From Ptychomitrium polyphyllum (taxonomy: Eukaryota), in contig OZ316775.1 in the NCBI GenBank assembly GCA_973851085.1, positions 19,530,001 to 19,594,000 of the forward strand: a stretch of DNA of 64,000 nt, read 5' to 3'. Below, in pieces: positions 49,581 through 62,869 of this stretch (its first letter is position 1; every line of letters starts with the position of its first letter). Made by a program: the position numbers and the translations under genes. Under the pieces are notes generated by a model that saw nothing but the letters and a program-made list of their open reading frames with translations, ran no database searches and had not been told where the DNA came from.

Positions 49581-50282
49581 ATGAACGAAACATCATCGTA
49601 CGACGAGAATAACCACTACACAACTTCCCAAACGAAAACCCTCTGGAGAGACCATGCCCACAACCAGTACTCAACCGAGACGCTCCAGCACTGGCGAGCG
49701 CACCCATCAGAGCGACTAAGCGCGAGGCGACGCTCTCTAGCCAGTGCTCTGAACTCGTCCGGGCACGCCAACTTTCAGCACCCCCTACAACGCAGACTCG
49801 AGACGCTGGTCAACAGCATCGTAAACTCGCTCACGAAGGAGTCCGTCGAGTTCCTGACGGGGCCTGAGGGTGCGGTTGCACAGCGCATCGTGAGTCTGCT
49901 GGCGCTCGCGACGTCGCGCCTGGTCGTGACGGACGAGGCCAAGCTGGCGATCCTCGTGAGCGTGGAGGAGCCCACCGCGGGGCTGACGGATCCATTTCAT
50001 CGAAAACTCCAGGCACTCGAGATGAAAGTACCGCCGCTCGTCAAGTGCGTTGGAGTCGTTGTGGCTTCAGCTTACTGCGCGCTCTTGGCCGTAGGATTGC
50101 TCTTGTGTTTGTGGTGGTTCACTCTCGTTGGCCTCGCTCAGGTTCCTTTGTGCTTTCCATGCAGGAGCATGCTTCCTTGGTGTGTTGTACATAATCAGAC
50201 TGAGTTCCTGTTCCAGCTCTCCATGTGCACATACGTGCCATATTCTACTTCCAGTATGTCGACCAGTAGCACTTGCACATGA
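49581..50282 (+). CDS. Uncharacterised protein with a C-terminal hydrophobic (transmembrane-like) segment
   Basis: 233-aa ORF with a GC-rich core and TATAAAT at 49482. Hydrophobic stretch VGVVVASAYCALLAVGLLLCLWWFTLVGL. The 3' end is uncertain (possible donor near 50142). Confidence 0.55.
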   Translation: MNETSSYDENNHYTTSQTKTLWRDHAHNQYSTETLQHWRAHPSERLSARRRSLASALNSSGHANFQHPLQRRLETLVNSIVNSLTKESVEFLTGPEGAVAQRIVSLLALATSRLVVTDEAKLAILVSVEEPTAGLTDPFHRKLQALEMKVPPLVKCVGVVVASAYCALLAVGLLLCLWWFTLVGLAQVPLCFPCRSMLPWCVVHNQTEFLFQLSMCTYVPYSTSSMSTSSTCT

Positions 50283-53200
50283 GCATTGCAAAACTAAGAT
50301 TCTTTACATGGTCCAGAATGGGGCTCCTGTCTTACATGTTGCCTTTAGTACTTTGGATTCACTTGTATGCAGGGTTTATGCACATGTTGGGGTTCTCGTA
50401 TGATGGTTTATACTGGACCTTACAGTGAATTTTTCATGAAGTTTTTATTTCCATGTGTGAATTCAAATTGTTTAGGGAGTATTGAAGATGAATACTGTAC
50501 TTTGGCTATGATTAATGTTTGTTTAAGTTAGCTTGGATTGGCTCAAATAAGGAATATGCATCATACATACATCATCTATGGTCTTCTAAAACCTTTCATA
50601 GGATTTTGGAACCTTTGATAAGTTAGAAATACTTATGGACATGGACTATATAATTATTTTATGGAATCTAAACATTATTTAAACATTATCTAAGAATATC
50701 CATAAGTAATCATGTATCTTGGTATCTATCATGTAAGTAACTTCCAGTTTAAATGTTTACATACTCATAGATGATATTAAGAATTTTCTGCTAATGATTT
50801 TTAAGATAATAATACATGAACAATTTTGGAAATTTTTTTGACTTATTAATTTAGTTTGTATTATGGATGCATACATACGTGCATTGGAGTTTATTTTTGG
50901 CTTATAAATTTGGAAATAAGGAACATACTTAATTAGGAGAAACATTTAAGTTCCTCACTTCCAGTAATTTCTACTCAAAATAATTGTGAGAATGTCTGAA
51001 AGTATACTACTAGTGTGTGGAATTAGAGTATCACCCTATAGAAGTCCAGCTTGGTGAATGTTAATGTTTGTCATTGGTGAGAAACAGCGACATGATATTA
51101 CAAAAAGGCTGGCAGAAGGGATACTTTTGATGACCCTCATAGAGAGCATGCATCAAAACTGTTGGAGGCCCCTGATCTAAAGGTTATTATCTAGAAGTTA
51201 ATAATTGATTTTAGGATGCCAAGCCAAGATGTGACAGTACACATCAATTGTGCAAAAGTTACAGCATGTAGTAGTTATGCTGAAGGGCTCAAGTTATCCT
51301 TAGCCTGATTTGAATAACATGCAGCCATACATCAAAAAATCAACATGTATTTCTGCAGATTTAACATCTCTGTGCTATTTGAAAATCTTATGTTCTCTGC
51401 CCCCAAAAGAATAAAATTGCACAGGACCGTGTACTTGATCTACTACTTGGAATGTTGGAAGCAGACAGATTGACTAGGTATGTCAGCCCCAAAATAAGTT
51501 ATGTTAGTTTTTTGGGAACAAAGGTAAGTTTATGCAAGCCAGCCTTTTGAAGGAGCTGGAGTAAGTGAGTCTGCTTCAAGTTCCTGTTGGCTACTGCAAT
51601 GTCTTGTGTGTAACCATTTTCATGACTTAGGAGATGGCTGCACAAGTGATTCAGCTGTGATGAGGAAAATGCTATCCTGTTGTGCTTGCCCAAGTTTTTA
51701 GTCTGACAGTTATTGTCCCATGAATTGTTGTGGTTTTACTGCAGTTAGAGGGCAGTCTAGCCTTTCATGTCAATTTGACTGAATATGTGTATCTTGAAGT
51801 CAACGAAGTTCTTCAAATGACAAAATTGGCTGCCCTAAAACTTCTTTTCCCCTGAAAGCATTGGCTGGCTGACTGCCTTTGTTTGTCAACTTCTGACAAT
51901 TCTTTTCTGCCTTGTCATATTAGAAGCTGCTTTTGTGGTTCAACTTGCATATGCACATCACATTCAGGAACTAGAAAGGTTGATGTGGGTCACAAGTATG
52001 TTGCAACTTTCTGAACTGAAGCATTCAAGCCTGACTTTTCATGGTACATGACTCCATCCAGCCAGAAATCAGTGGCATTGTATCCAGGGATGTCATCAGT
52101 AAAAAATGCACACACAGAACCACGGGTTCATCATGAAAGAAATCTAACAATATTGACTTTGGTGCTCTCCAAAACAACAAATCTTGCAAAAAGGCTTCCT
52201 CTTGGATTGAACTTCTGAGTGAAGTTCTTTATCCTAGAAGGAAAAGGGTAAAGAGTGAATTGAGGCAGGGAAATGAAATTTTGATCTGTGCCAACAGAAA
52301 CATGTTAAAATAATATATATGGTAATAATGAACAAATAGAAATGCTCCAGCCAAGTGGGATATATGAAGGACACATTGAGAAGTGGTCATAATGATGACG
52401 GACATCAAACAACCAGTCGATGGCTAGGTTCTCACCTCGGAATCGTCATGTTACTTACTAATACTAGGCCAATTACTCCCTGAAGATTGATGTTCACTGC
52501 TGTAATTCTGCCAGAACCAATAATTCCTTCAACCGATGCAGCTGGGCTTACTGCTTGGCAGCGAGTGTCACACAGGAGGTGGAATTGTAACTTCCGCAGA
52601 AAACTCAAGACTTACATTTCCTTTGAAGCATTTCTTTACTACATTGAAGGTAGCATCAAGATGAATAGTGAGACGTGATACCCTTCCATCTCCTACCCAT
52701 GAGTAAGAAACAGGCAGCTTCAAAAGGAAGAATGGACACTGACAATGTGGTTCCCCTCCAAAACGTGTGTACTAAAGAATTCTAGGGAAGAGGCTACATC
52801 TTTCAAAAGTGGTTAGTGTTTGTCTCCCCTCCTCTGTACCCGTCCAAGCCTTGTACGATTTGGTACAAGGACAACATTCACAAGGTCACACCTGCACTCA
52901 CATATCCGCACGCAGAACAACGCTGCACATTATCCAACAATTTACAACAATACTTATCCTCGCTGTCTACGTTCCAGCTCGAGTTTGTAAACAATGAAGC
53001 CACTTTCACATCACGCTACTAAATACAGAAACAAAAACAGAAAACATTGCACAACACATACAGAGATTGAGGGTTGAGTAGATGAACATTTACATTTCAT
53101 TTTTTTTATTGCAGTTTCAATTTAATGCAAGCTGATCGATTTCCAGCCAGTTGAAGTTACTTGTAACTACTACGAAACTGTACAAAAGTTTACCTACATG

Positions 53201-53438
53201 CACCAATCGACACTAGATTCATCTCTAATAGTTCTCCACCATCCATTCACATCACGCTAACTCGTTAGTGAACCTAATTATACAGCAACCCTAACATACA
53301 GCGACACTCGCAAACAATCAGACGCCAAATTATACTATCTGATCGAACTCATGATGGCATAATCAATCTGCTCCCAAAATCGTAGAATTTTTTTTCAACT
53401 TTCCGTGTGCACAATGCTGTACATCAATCACAAATTTC

Positions 53439-55204
53439 CTAAATGGTGTCGTAGAAGATCTCGATGTTTTTGAAAGTTACGGGTTGAACGGTTGGCCCGA
53501 ACTGCGCAATCGTGACGACGATTTCAGTGAGATTCTCCTTCTGTAGAGCGACGAGCTTGGAGTTTAAGGCCACTCGCCATCGCCGGTTGCGGCCCCTGAA
53601 GATGGCCATGCCGATGTGGGGCACGTAGTTAAACAGCCCGATAAACTCCGGACACGAGACGGCTGTGTCGGCGACCGCGGTGGGGAAGTACAGGTACGCC
53701 CTCCAGTGGCACTGCAGCTGCGGCTCCGCCATTTCGATACCCGAAATCTCTAGAGTCTCGATACCAGTGGCATTACGCACCGCGGGACGGGGAATGCGGA
53801 ACGTGAGGGGGTCTTGGAACAAGACGGCGCCAGGGGAGAAGTAGTCCGCGGCTCCGAGCATGGCGGCTGTTTCCTCCACGGTCGAGGGGTTGCATTTCGT
53901 GACGTTGTTCTCCTGCCCCGGCAGTTCTCCATTCGTCGTCCACGCCGCTGGAATCTCCTCGTATCCATATCTACCAATCCATGGCCGGACTAGCACTTGA
54001 GCCCATTTTATTGAATTTTGCAAAGCTACCATCTAAAGAATCTCACAGGCATTTAATGAAACCGATTTGGTTTCAGAATCGAAGGAAAGAATACGAGTAT
54101 GATGGATTACCTGAGGGCGGTGCGATTTAAGGCCTGGGAGACATTCACAACGATTAAGTCTGCGTTTTCGTCGTAGAAAGTGAACTGGGCGTTGAGAAAA
54201 TCTGGGTGAGTATAGTCCTTTCGTTGCTCACCGGGAAGAGTGTTCCAAATTGTCCACACTCTGTCGATATTCGAGTGATGTCCATAAAACGCCGGATCGC
54301 GGGCGGCGACGGCAAAGTTGCCCATGTCGTCGTATGGTCCCGAGGGCTTATCCGGATTTGGATCCCCCAACCACAAATGCACGGTGCCATGAGGGCTATC
54401 CTCAAACGTCCCGGAGCCTGACTGTCCCGCCTCACCGTAGCTGTAGGGCAGGCCAAAGAAGAAGCTGGGCGCCGGTGCGCCTGACACGAGCTGCGTGTAC
54501 AGCAACCGATTATTCTGAATACGCAGTTCTTCTGGCGTTTTGCTCGTGCACCCTCCCGCGGTGTTCAAGTCGATGATGAGCGGCGGCTCGGAGCAGTTAT
54601 TGCGGTTCTTGTTCCACAGAGACGACGTCTTGTTGCGCGAGTAGAAGTAGGGCAGAATGTTTCCCTGAGGCGGCTCCGGTGTCTGGTTGTCCCAGTTCCA
54701 AAAGGGCAACGCGAATGTGTCGTCTCCCAACAATTTCCCAAGAATCCTCTCGCTGAAATACATGAACATGCGGTGCCAAGGCAGGAACAGCCACCCGCCA
54801 TGAACCTCAATCGGCCATGACGAGTTGGGATAGTAAAGCCCGTTGTCGCAGTAGAGACAGTGGAGGTTCCTTTGGTTGAGAAAGGACCGTGGGTCGGTGT
54901 CTGGAAGGTCTCGTTGCAGCTGCACCGCGCGCTCCAACTTCGCAATGTACTCCTCGTCTAGCAAATGCGCAGCCCGCCGGATACGCATGGGCAGACTCAT
55001 GTTGTACTCGAATTGACGCCTCGGCTTCCCTGTATATGGCCTCGGCATGCAACACCGTTCCTCGCTGTTGCAATCGTCGGGCAGGTTGGGCGGCGGTAGT
55101 GGTGCCCCGCTAGTAAACCTTATCAACGTCGTCGTCACAAAAAAAATGAGTAACAGTCCGAAATTCCACCAACAACCCCGTCGAAACTCCTGGAATTCGG
55201 CCAT
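53439..55204 (-). CDS. PPO: Polyphenol oxidase (type-3 copper protein), 2 exons: 54111-55204 and 53439-53970
   Basis: CuA: HCLYC..VHGGWLFLPWHR. CuB: PHGTVH..AARDPAFYGHHSNIDRVW. In-frame splice LR|YGYEE. Hydrophobic N-terminal signal-like sequence. Confidence 0.95.
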
Positions 55205-58200
55205 GGTCTAGATTTTCGGAGCAGAGCAACGCAATAAGTCAACCTGCAGTAACATACATGGTAGTGAAACTCTACGATGATACAGTAGACCTAAGAGGAA
55301 TTTCTGCTGTATGTTAACGTAGAAATGAGTTTATGACTTGGTTGTGTTCTGTTTCTAGGGCTGTGGAGACAGGGACACGAGGAGGGTTGAGAGAGTGTTG
55401 ATCGATGCGCCGAGAGTAGAGGCAACAAGTGTACAGAACCTGGCGCTTCAGATCGTCATGCATCTGTTGAAAGGTAGCGGTGGGTGCATCATCAGCTGTT
55501 CGAAGTAGACTGGTGATCGATGCGAGTACAATTTAGCCGTGCAATGGCGGGGTTTCCAATTTATATCTTCGAAATGGTGGACGTCAGGTTTGATTAGTTT
55601 AACGATCGTTAGTGGAAGGATTCAGTTCTGGGCTGCCCCTTGACTCCTGATGACGAAAAGTTGGCAAAGTGGCACAAAGTTGGAGTGTGAGTTTCACACG
55701 GTGGTCGACGGTGGTGGATCCTTGGGTGTGCATGTAGATCCCATGGCCGGTCATGAATTTCAGCGTCTCAATGTCGACCCTTTTTTCTGAGCAATTCATC
55801 ATTGGTTCTGTTTGATCAATCTAATTACTGACCAATATTCCACAGATACGGCTCTGATATAATCCGATCACGATTAACTCCTCATTTGACAAGAATTAAC
55901 AGACCTTTGCTTGCCACATGTTTAGTACATTTATGTATCCTCGTCTGAACAAGGTTGAATACTCTTTTAACACCCCTTTCAATACCTGGTGATGCTCTAC
56001 TTAGTGTTATCATTGAACATTAGAACAGAATCATCCTCACCTGAAATCTAGAGCAGGAAAAACCAATCGTTTTGTTCAAATACAGCTCCAGCGAGGCGTG
56101 GACTTGACTCATGATGTTGTATAACATAATTGAATCCAATTCTTTTTGATAAAGCTGGTTCAAAACCAACTCATCGAAGCGAAGGCACTATTTTCTGTGG
56201 ACCAATTGTCAATTCCCAATAAACTGTCTTTCATTACCACTTCAAGTCTATGAGTTGTTTTCTTAGTATAACTTCCGGTCTATTAAATTTCACCATCGTG
56301 GCTCGCTTGCATACCTCTTGCTTGCTTCAATGCTGACTTTTCGCCTTTCTTTCAGCTTTCGATGGCGCTGTTGGAAGTCGCAGGGACCTTCGTACCAAGG
56401 AGGTGCCAGAATGTCTTATATCTTATGTGGATTACAAAATCAAGCAATCTGGACAGACGTCGAAGTACAATAATGAATCTCCTGTCGCTAACGAAGTACA
56501 GGAATGCAGGTGAGCTTTTTCTTGACGGAAAAGTACTTGTCCTTCAACCTCACTGCCAACATGATGACCATTGTTTAACATGAACTATCAAGCTCCTATC
56601 ACGTTGCTGATGGTGACTTTTGAGGTGGCAACTTCTACTTCTAGAGGATGTAAACTTCCAAAAATGGATATGTCGAATGGACATGGCCCATGATACAGGT
56701 GAAGTCTGCCACCGCTTCCAAAATTAGCCCATAGCAAGTTCAATCTCTCTCAAGTTGTTTAAAATTCTTAAGAACTCTTTTGAAGTTGAGTTCAATGAAT
56801 GTTACTCGTTAAGTTTGGCTTTAGAGCGCCGTCAGTGGTTTTACATTGTAGGACAACATTGGCCTGACACGAGAATGTAAAGCACAAGGTGTCAATGTCG
56901 TGCCCAGGTGGTAAAGAGTTTTCTATCATCCATGGAAGGCCAGGTAATAGATGCGGATCAAAATTGGTTGATAATCATCAACTACAGGACCCCTAGTAAG
57001 CGGTAAGTTGAAGTGCGGAATGTTCATTTAGGCCTTTTGTGCTTCTTTTGACTTGAACCTTGGGGCGACTCGGAGTCTTTCCAGAGCTGTACCTGCAGTG
57101 GTTGCACTTTATGCATCTTCAGAATGTCCACCACCTTAGCCCACTCCTAACTGAGTGAGCTCATGAACGAGGTTCACACCTTAGGTTTGCTCAATGAATG
57201 TAATTTGATAACGCTGTGGGACACTAGTAATGACGTCTATTATTAGAAAACGACTTTGAGATTTAAATCAGGTACATGTGGAAGGAAGATGTCAATCCCT
57301 CCTGTTGGCTAAGTGCACAATTCTTGAGTGATTTGTTCCTATAAGCTTAGTAGCTTACAGTTCATTGAGAACCCAATACATGGTATTGCAGGGATCAGGA
57401 AAAGTTAGCAGATAGGACGATGTCATCTTCCTCCCTCATCTTTGCTTCTGAATATTAATTTATTTGAGTTATATGAGTAGGAACTTGTGTTTATGACACA
57501 AACAGACGTTTCTATATCACCTATTTTTGAAATAAGCAGCTAGAAGCTTTGAGAAACAGACATCGAAGATGTTGTTGAGCTTCGCTGACGTTGACCAAAG
57601 AACTGAACATCATATAAGATCATCTAAAGTGATTCATGGAAAAGTGTGTACAGTTGACATGGATAACATGGCAAGTGGATGTTTTCGCAGACTCCGGTTG
57701 TTGATAGCTTGTCAAAGCACACTTAATACCGATCAATACAATCAGATCAAACTTGTAAGCATGAGCGTGCCTGTTTTTATTACTTCAACCACAACGTCAC
57801 TCCACTTGATGGGTCAGTTAGTCTAGAAAAAGGCTAGACTACGTATTTGAATTGGAGTGTACGTACTGGACATTGCACATAAAGTTTGACTTTCGTTTAC
57901 TCTTTTTCAGATGGAGTACCACAAACAATCATTTATGTTATTAAAAGAAAAGAAAATTGAAAAAATGAATCCCACAGCTTTCTTTGCTCAACACCACGGC
58001 GACTCAAGTGTACCAAAGTGCCAATGGTCGGCTCCAGGAATCCGGTGCTCTTGGTTTCAACAAGATGCAATGATGGTGAAGGGCTTTTCAAGTGTACACT
58101 CTCACAGCAACGATTTGTTTGTGCCTTGTAAAAGGTCTTCCACAACAGAAGCTATTGTCTTTAGCTATTGAAGGCCCACATTCAACTATTCATAAGGTTG

Positions 58201-61200
58201 AATGCAGATCGCCCTGATCCATTTTAGAAGGCATTGTAGGGTGCTGGGTGCAATATATTGCTTCAGACATTCTGTTGGGTATGCAAGGAAATTCTGTCTA
58301 GAGTCCGTGATGGAAATTTGTCCTCTTCTGCAACTTTCCTAACATGGTTCGCAAATGAAGCAAGACTAATCTGTAGTGTATTTTGTTTGCTAAGGGGCAT
58401 CTAAGAAAATGGTAAATAGAACAGATCTATCAGATTACCTTAGTTTCCTTGACAGAAACACTCTAAAATATTGCTTTGAATGTTTACAAGGTTTCATAAG
58501 TTGTATCCAAATAAATTCTAGAAAATTTCTAGAAGAACAAAGAAGTAGTTGGATAAGCGAACAATGAAGAAGAATTCATGCTGGGCTGATGTGAATCAAG
58601 AATTTATGTTTGTTTTTTCCATCATCCTGTGTATATGTACAACAGAATGTAACTGTTACACCAGGTAAAGGGATTATCTCAGCTTAAGTCTCAAGGGGAA
58701 GCTGTCGATACACATGCACTTCTAGAATGGCTGGTCTTTGGATTGAAAGTTGTCATGAGTCTCAGTGTGGGAATACACTCTCACTTTCTACTCAAAGGTT
58801 TCAACTCTGAAAATATAAATTTCTAAAAGTCTTTCTATTAGATAGATAATTGGAAATTCAATGAAAATTATCCAAGATTTTTGATATTTTGCAATATTAT
58901 CTCGAAGTCCATCATTGATACCCTGCACATGTTCTTAAAGTAAGTTTTAATGATTAAAATCATTCATTGATAAGCTATAAAACTCAATTTTTAAATCTCT
59001 CTACTTTCAACTAGGAAGTTGTAAAATTCAAATATGCTATAAACTTGGACTTTATGATTCTATGAGGCTCTTAGGATAATCTCATTTGTAGCCAAATTTT
59101 ATGTCAATATTTTAAATAATAAATCCTAAAAGACTAAAAATCTTTGTATTTAAAGTAGCTGGATATATAATGATTGCATATATTTTGATGAAAACAAAGA
59201 CCCTTCACGTGCTATTTAAAATATTTTGTCATGTTTAAATTTGAATATGCCTATTTACCATACATTTCATGCTTGCATACACTTATTGGTCAAAATTTTA
59301 AAATTTCATCAACGTGATGTACTTTCAAGAACACCGTATTTGGCAACTACTTAACCATGTAATTTTTTATACCTAGTTAAAAATATTAATTTTTGAAAAC
59401 CTCAAGTTTGATAATCATCCTTTTTTGTGGTAGTAATACTATCCAAACTTGGATTGATTCTTCATTTTCAATCAATTGTAGCTTTCAGGCATAATAAGAT
59501 CATACCATATTAGTATACAAAAAATTAATAATTAAGATAAACATATATCAAATTTATTATAGCTTAATGGAAAATAAATGCAAGTGTATATAAAGCCATT
59601 TATAAATGTTAAATATACATAAATATATAGTAGAGGTTTAAGACATCAATTTTTCAAATCTATGAAAATAAAACCAATATGATGGATTATAAAGTTTTTT
59701 GGATCCAACAAAAAAATGTGGACTTATTATTTTAATAATCATGTAAATAGAACATGGATTTGAAACAATGGATTCAATAGCTAATATGATTTGATATATC
59801 TAAACAACCACCTAATTATTGTATTTATAATTTACCTTGTTACCATAATCAAAGTTATTATTATGTAATAAAGAGAAATTATTATACTTAGAATCACATA
59901 GAAAATAAGATTTAATTCTCTTTAATATTTTTTATAAGATACTATATAAACTCACAATAAAGTATTGTTTAAAAAACTTATTATTGATTAATAAAGAACT
60001 TTTTTTTTCTAAATTCATTGAATGATTTAAATATATAATAATATGTTCTGATAAAAAACATTTGAATAATTCCAATTCTTTATCACATGCTAATCATTGC
60101 TAAATATTGTTTTGAACATAGTAACCATTATAAATATTCTAATGTAGTAATAGTATTATTGCTTCTTGCATAACATTCTTAATTATTTTTAAACATCATC
60201 ATAGAAAAATTGAAGAAAGCCAATATTTTTAATAAAAACCTTAATATTCTATTTTGTCATGATGATGGCAATAGGTGAAAGTATAAAATCCAACATTCAT
60301 GTTGGATTGTAAGTTTGTTATCACTATTATATGTTATTAAAGTCAGCTTCCATACTCCACTCAACCAACAATTTGAGTGGAAAATCAAATACTTCTATGC
60401 AATGGAATAGAGTTTATAAAATATCATAATAATATTAGATATCCACAATTTTAAAGTGTTTGACTCAGAGAATTGGCAAGGCTACAAAAACATGAACGTT
60501 TTCTATATGAACATCAATTATTAATGCTTATTCTAATTATTGTACCATTTGTTTTATTTTGTTTGAATAGATTGGTCATTTCTATAGGAATGTAGTATTA
60601 CAAATTTTTCATAATTATTTGGATAGAATTTTTAAATAAATACTACAAAACATTTTGGAAAGAACTCAAGCATAGAATTATATGGTTATTAATACAATGA
60701 ATGTCTCTTATTCTTTGTGCAAAATATTTCCTTAATTTTTGAAAAGACAAGATTTTTCAATTACTAAATGATGTCATGTATATTTTGTGGCCAACAATGT
60801 TTTTAAATTATATGGAGCAATTGAGTGCATTAATATAATCTTTGCATCTTGAACATTCAATTTAGTTAATTTTATATCAAAAATGAAATTTAATTTTGTC
60901 ATAAAATTATCAAAGTTGATATCATTTTTAGTCTTACATATGATAGGCTTCTTAGGCATCTTTTTTGAAATCAATATGATAATTGACACATCATTAATGC
61001 TAATATATAGTTTGTGCATGCTTTTATTTGCAATTCATTTATTACAATATTTTCAAGGTTTTTACAAAAAAATCAATATCAAAGCCAATATGAAAGATAT
61101 ATTAAGGAAATATTTGTAGGCATATGGATCATTAGGCCTATGTGATAAGAATGTTATAATACTTCCAAGGATTAATAAAAGGTTAGATTATGTATTTTGT

Positions 61201-62761
61201 TTTGTATAGTCCAAATATTTATTTATTTACTTTTGTGTTATAGTGCGGTGTTATTTTGATTTGCCGTAAACAAAACTATATCTATCATACTTACATAGCA
61301 AGTTCATCACTTTAATAAATATTTAAACACTTTCAAACATAAATTTTATCAAAAAATATTTATTTTCCAAAAATCTATTTACATACCTTTTCTTTTTTTG
61401 AGAAATAATTTCCTAAAGTATTCGTCACCTATTTTCGGAATTGATGAGTGATAAGCCTTTTGTGTGGGCACGGTATTTGCTAAAGATAAAATGTGCTCTG
61501 TTTGATGAGGGATGGAGTTTGACAGCACTCACCTTGGGAATGGTGAACTAATCTAGTGTCAATCAACAGCTTCACCTAAGAAAACATAGTGTTTCTTTTT
61601 CAGCAATAAATGTCTCCGTATGTTTTAAAAAAGACCAAAAAAAAACCATATTTGTGTGTATTCCCAACTTTCTCTCATATGATTGCAGCACACGTAGGAA
61701 AATCCTAGAAAAGTCCATCAGAGAAAGGCCTGAGCATTTAAATTGGTTGAATATTTCCAGAATCCAAAAACAAACAAGAAATGCAAAGGCGTGCAATAAT
61801 ACATAGTACAGTTTCCAGCTTCATTCTAATTTCATATTCAGTTTTTAATGTCATTAGCTTCGGTATTACAAGGCAATCAACTTTTGCTGATGCGAAAAAC
61901 AATAATGGATGAATGGTTGTTGTTTCTGTTCTCAAGTACTCCTCTAAGCACAAGTGACTCAAACTCTAACCACAAAGGAAATCAAGACGTATGACTTGGA
62001 ATTGACTTAGTTGCAGGACTCGAGGTGAGGATATGGAATCTTCCCCAAGTCAGACGAGACTCTCCCAGTGCTTCAAAAGAAGCATTTCTTAGAACTGCAC
62101 TTTCACCAAAACCAGATTCAGACTGTCTATTCAAACTCACCGCAAACCTGTGTGGCAGCATTTTGTCGTGTGCAGATCTTCGTGCCACACAAGCTCAAAG
62201 GCACGAGCTTTCAGAGACAACATGGAAGTCTTTCCACGAGAACTTGCACCACTGTACGTGGAAATCTGCCTAGTTCCTCGTTCATTATCCTTTGCAATAG
62301 AAACGAGCTTCTTCTGTGCCAATAAAGAATTATTTGAGAGTACAAGTTAACCGTTGTCGTCGTTGTCAATCTTCGTGACGAAATCTGGAAACTTCCCGGT
62401 CCGAGAAAAGTTCTTCGGCTGTGAGCTGATTCCTATTTGCTTGCCAATCTTGGACACTCGACGCGCCTGCGGTTGGCGTGCTATCTCATTTTATCGAGCT
62501 TCAAAAGGTCCGGGAATTGGCGTGCTCTCTGTTTTGCGATGTACGATACATGTTAGGTGAGTGGACGAAGCTCTACTCTGTCTCTGTCGCCCTGGCCGCG
62601 CTTGGTTCGGATGTTGATTTCTCGAAAAAAATGCATTATTAAAGTGTGCAATGAATGCAGCGTTCATTTGTTTAAAAAACAAGCAAAAATAATCTGGCAC
62701 CCTCGCTGGCACCTAGCTCCACCAGCTCAAGGTTGTAAACATCATTTCGCCTAATTTTTAC

Positions 62762-62869
62762 ACAACTCTCATGGTATTCATGTCATTGACAACTCTCATG
62801 GTACTCATGTCATTGACAACTCTCATGGCATTCATGTTGTTGACAACTTTCATGGTGTTCATGTCATTG
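62762..62869. repeat. 27-bp tandem repeat, 4 copies
   Basis: Unit ACAACTCTCATGGTATTCATGTCATTG with 1-3 substitutions per copy. Confidence 0.9.

Noticed and set aside
54154..55113. Overlapping alternative-frame and antisense ORFs within PPO (likewise within TAF8 and the 43.5-44.6 kb gene)
   Set aside because: An expected by-product of GC-rich coding sequence.
56300..58700. Possible spliced gene upstream of PPO
   Set aside because: Only short unrelated ORFs and scattered splice-like sites; no consistent exon chain or recognisable domain.
58800..61400. AT-rich tract as a Helitron or DNA-transposon remnant, including short hairpins near 60288-60307 and 60357-60380
   Set aside because: No diagnostic Rep/helicase or transposase motif or termini could be read with confidence. 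The same applies to 6500-7750, 18950-21300 and 63000-64000.
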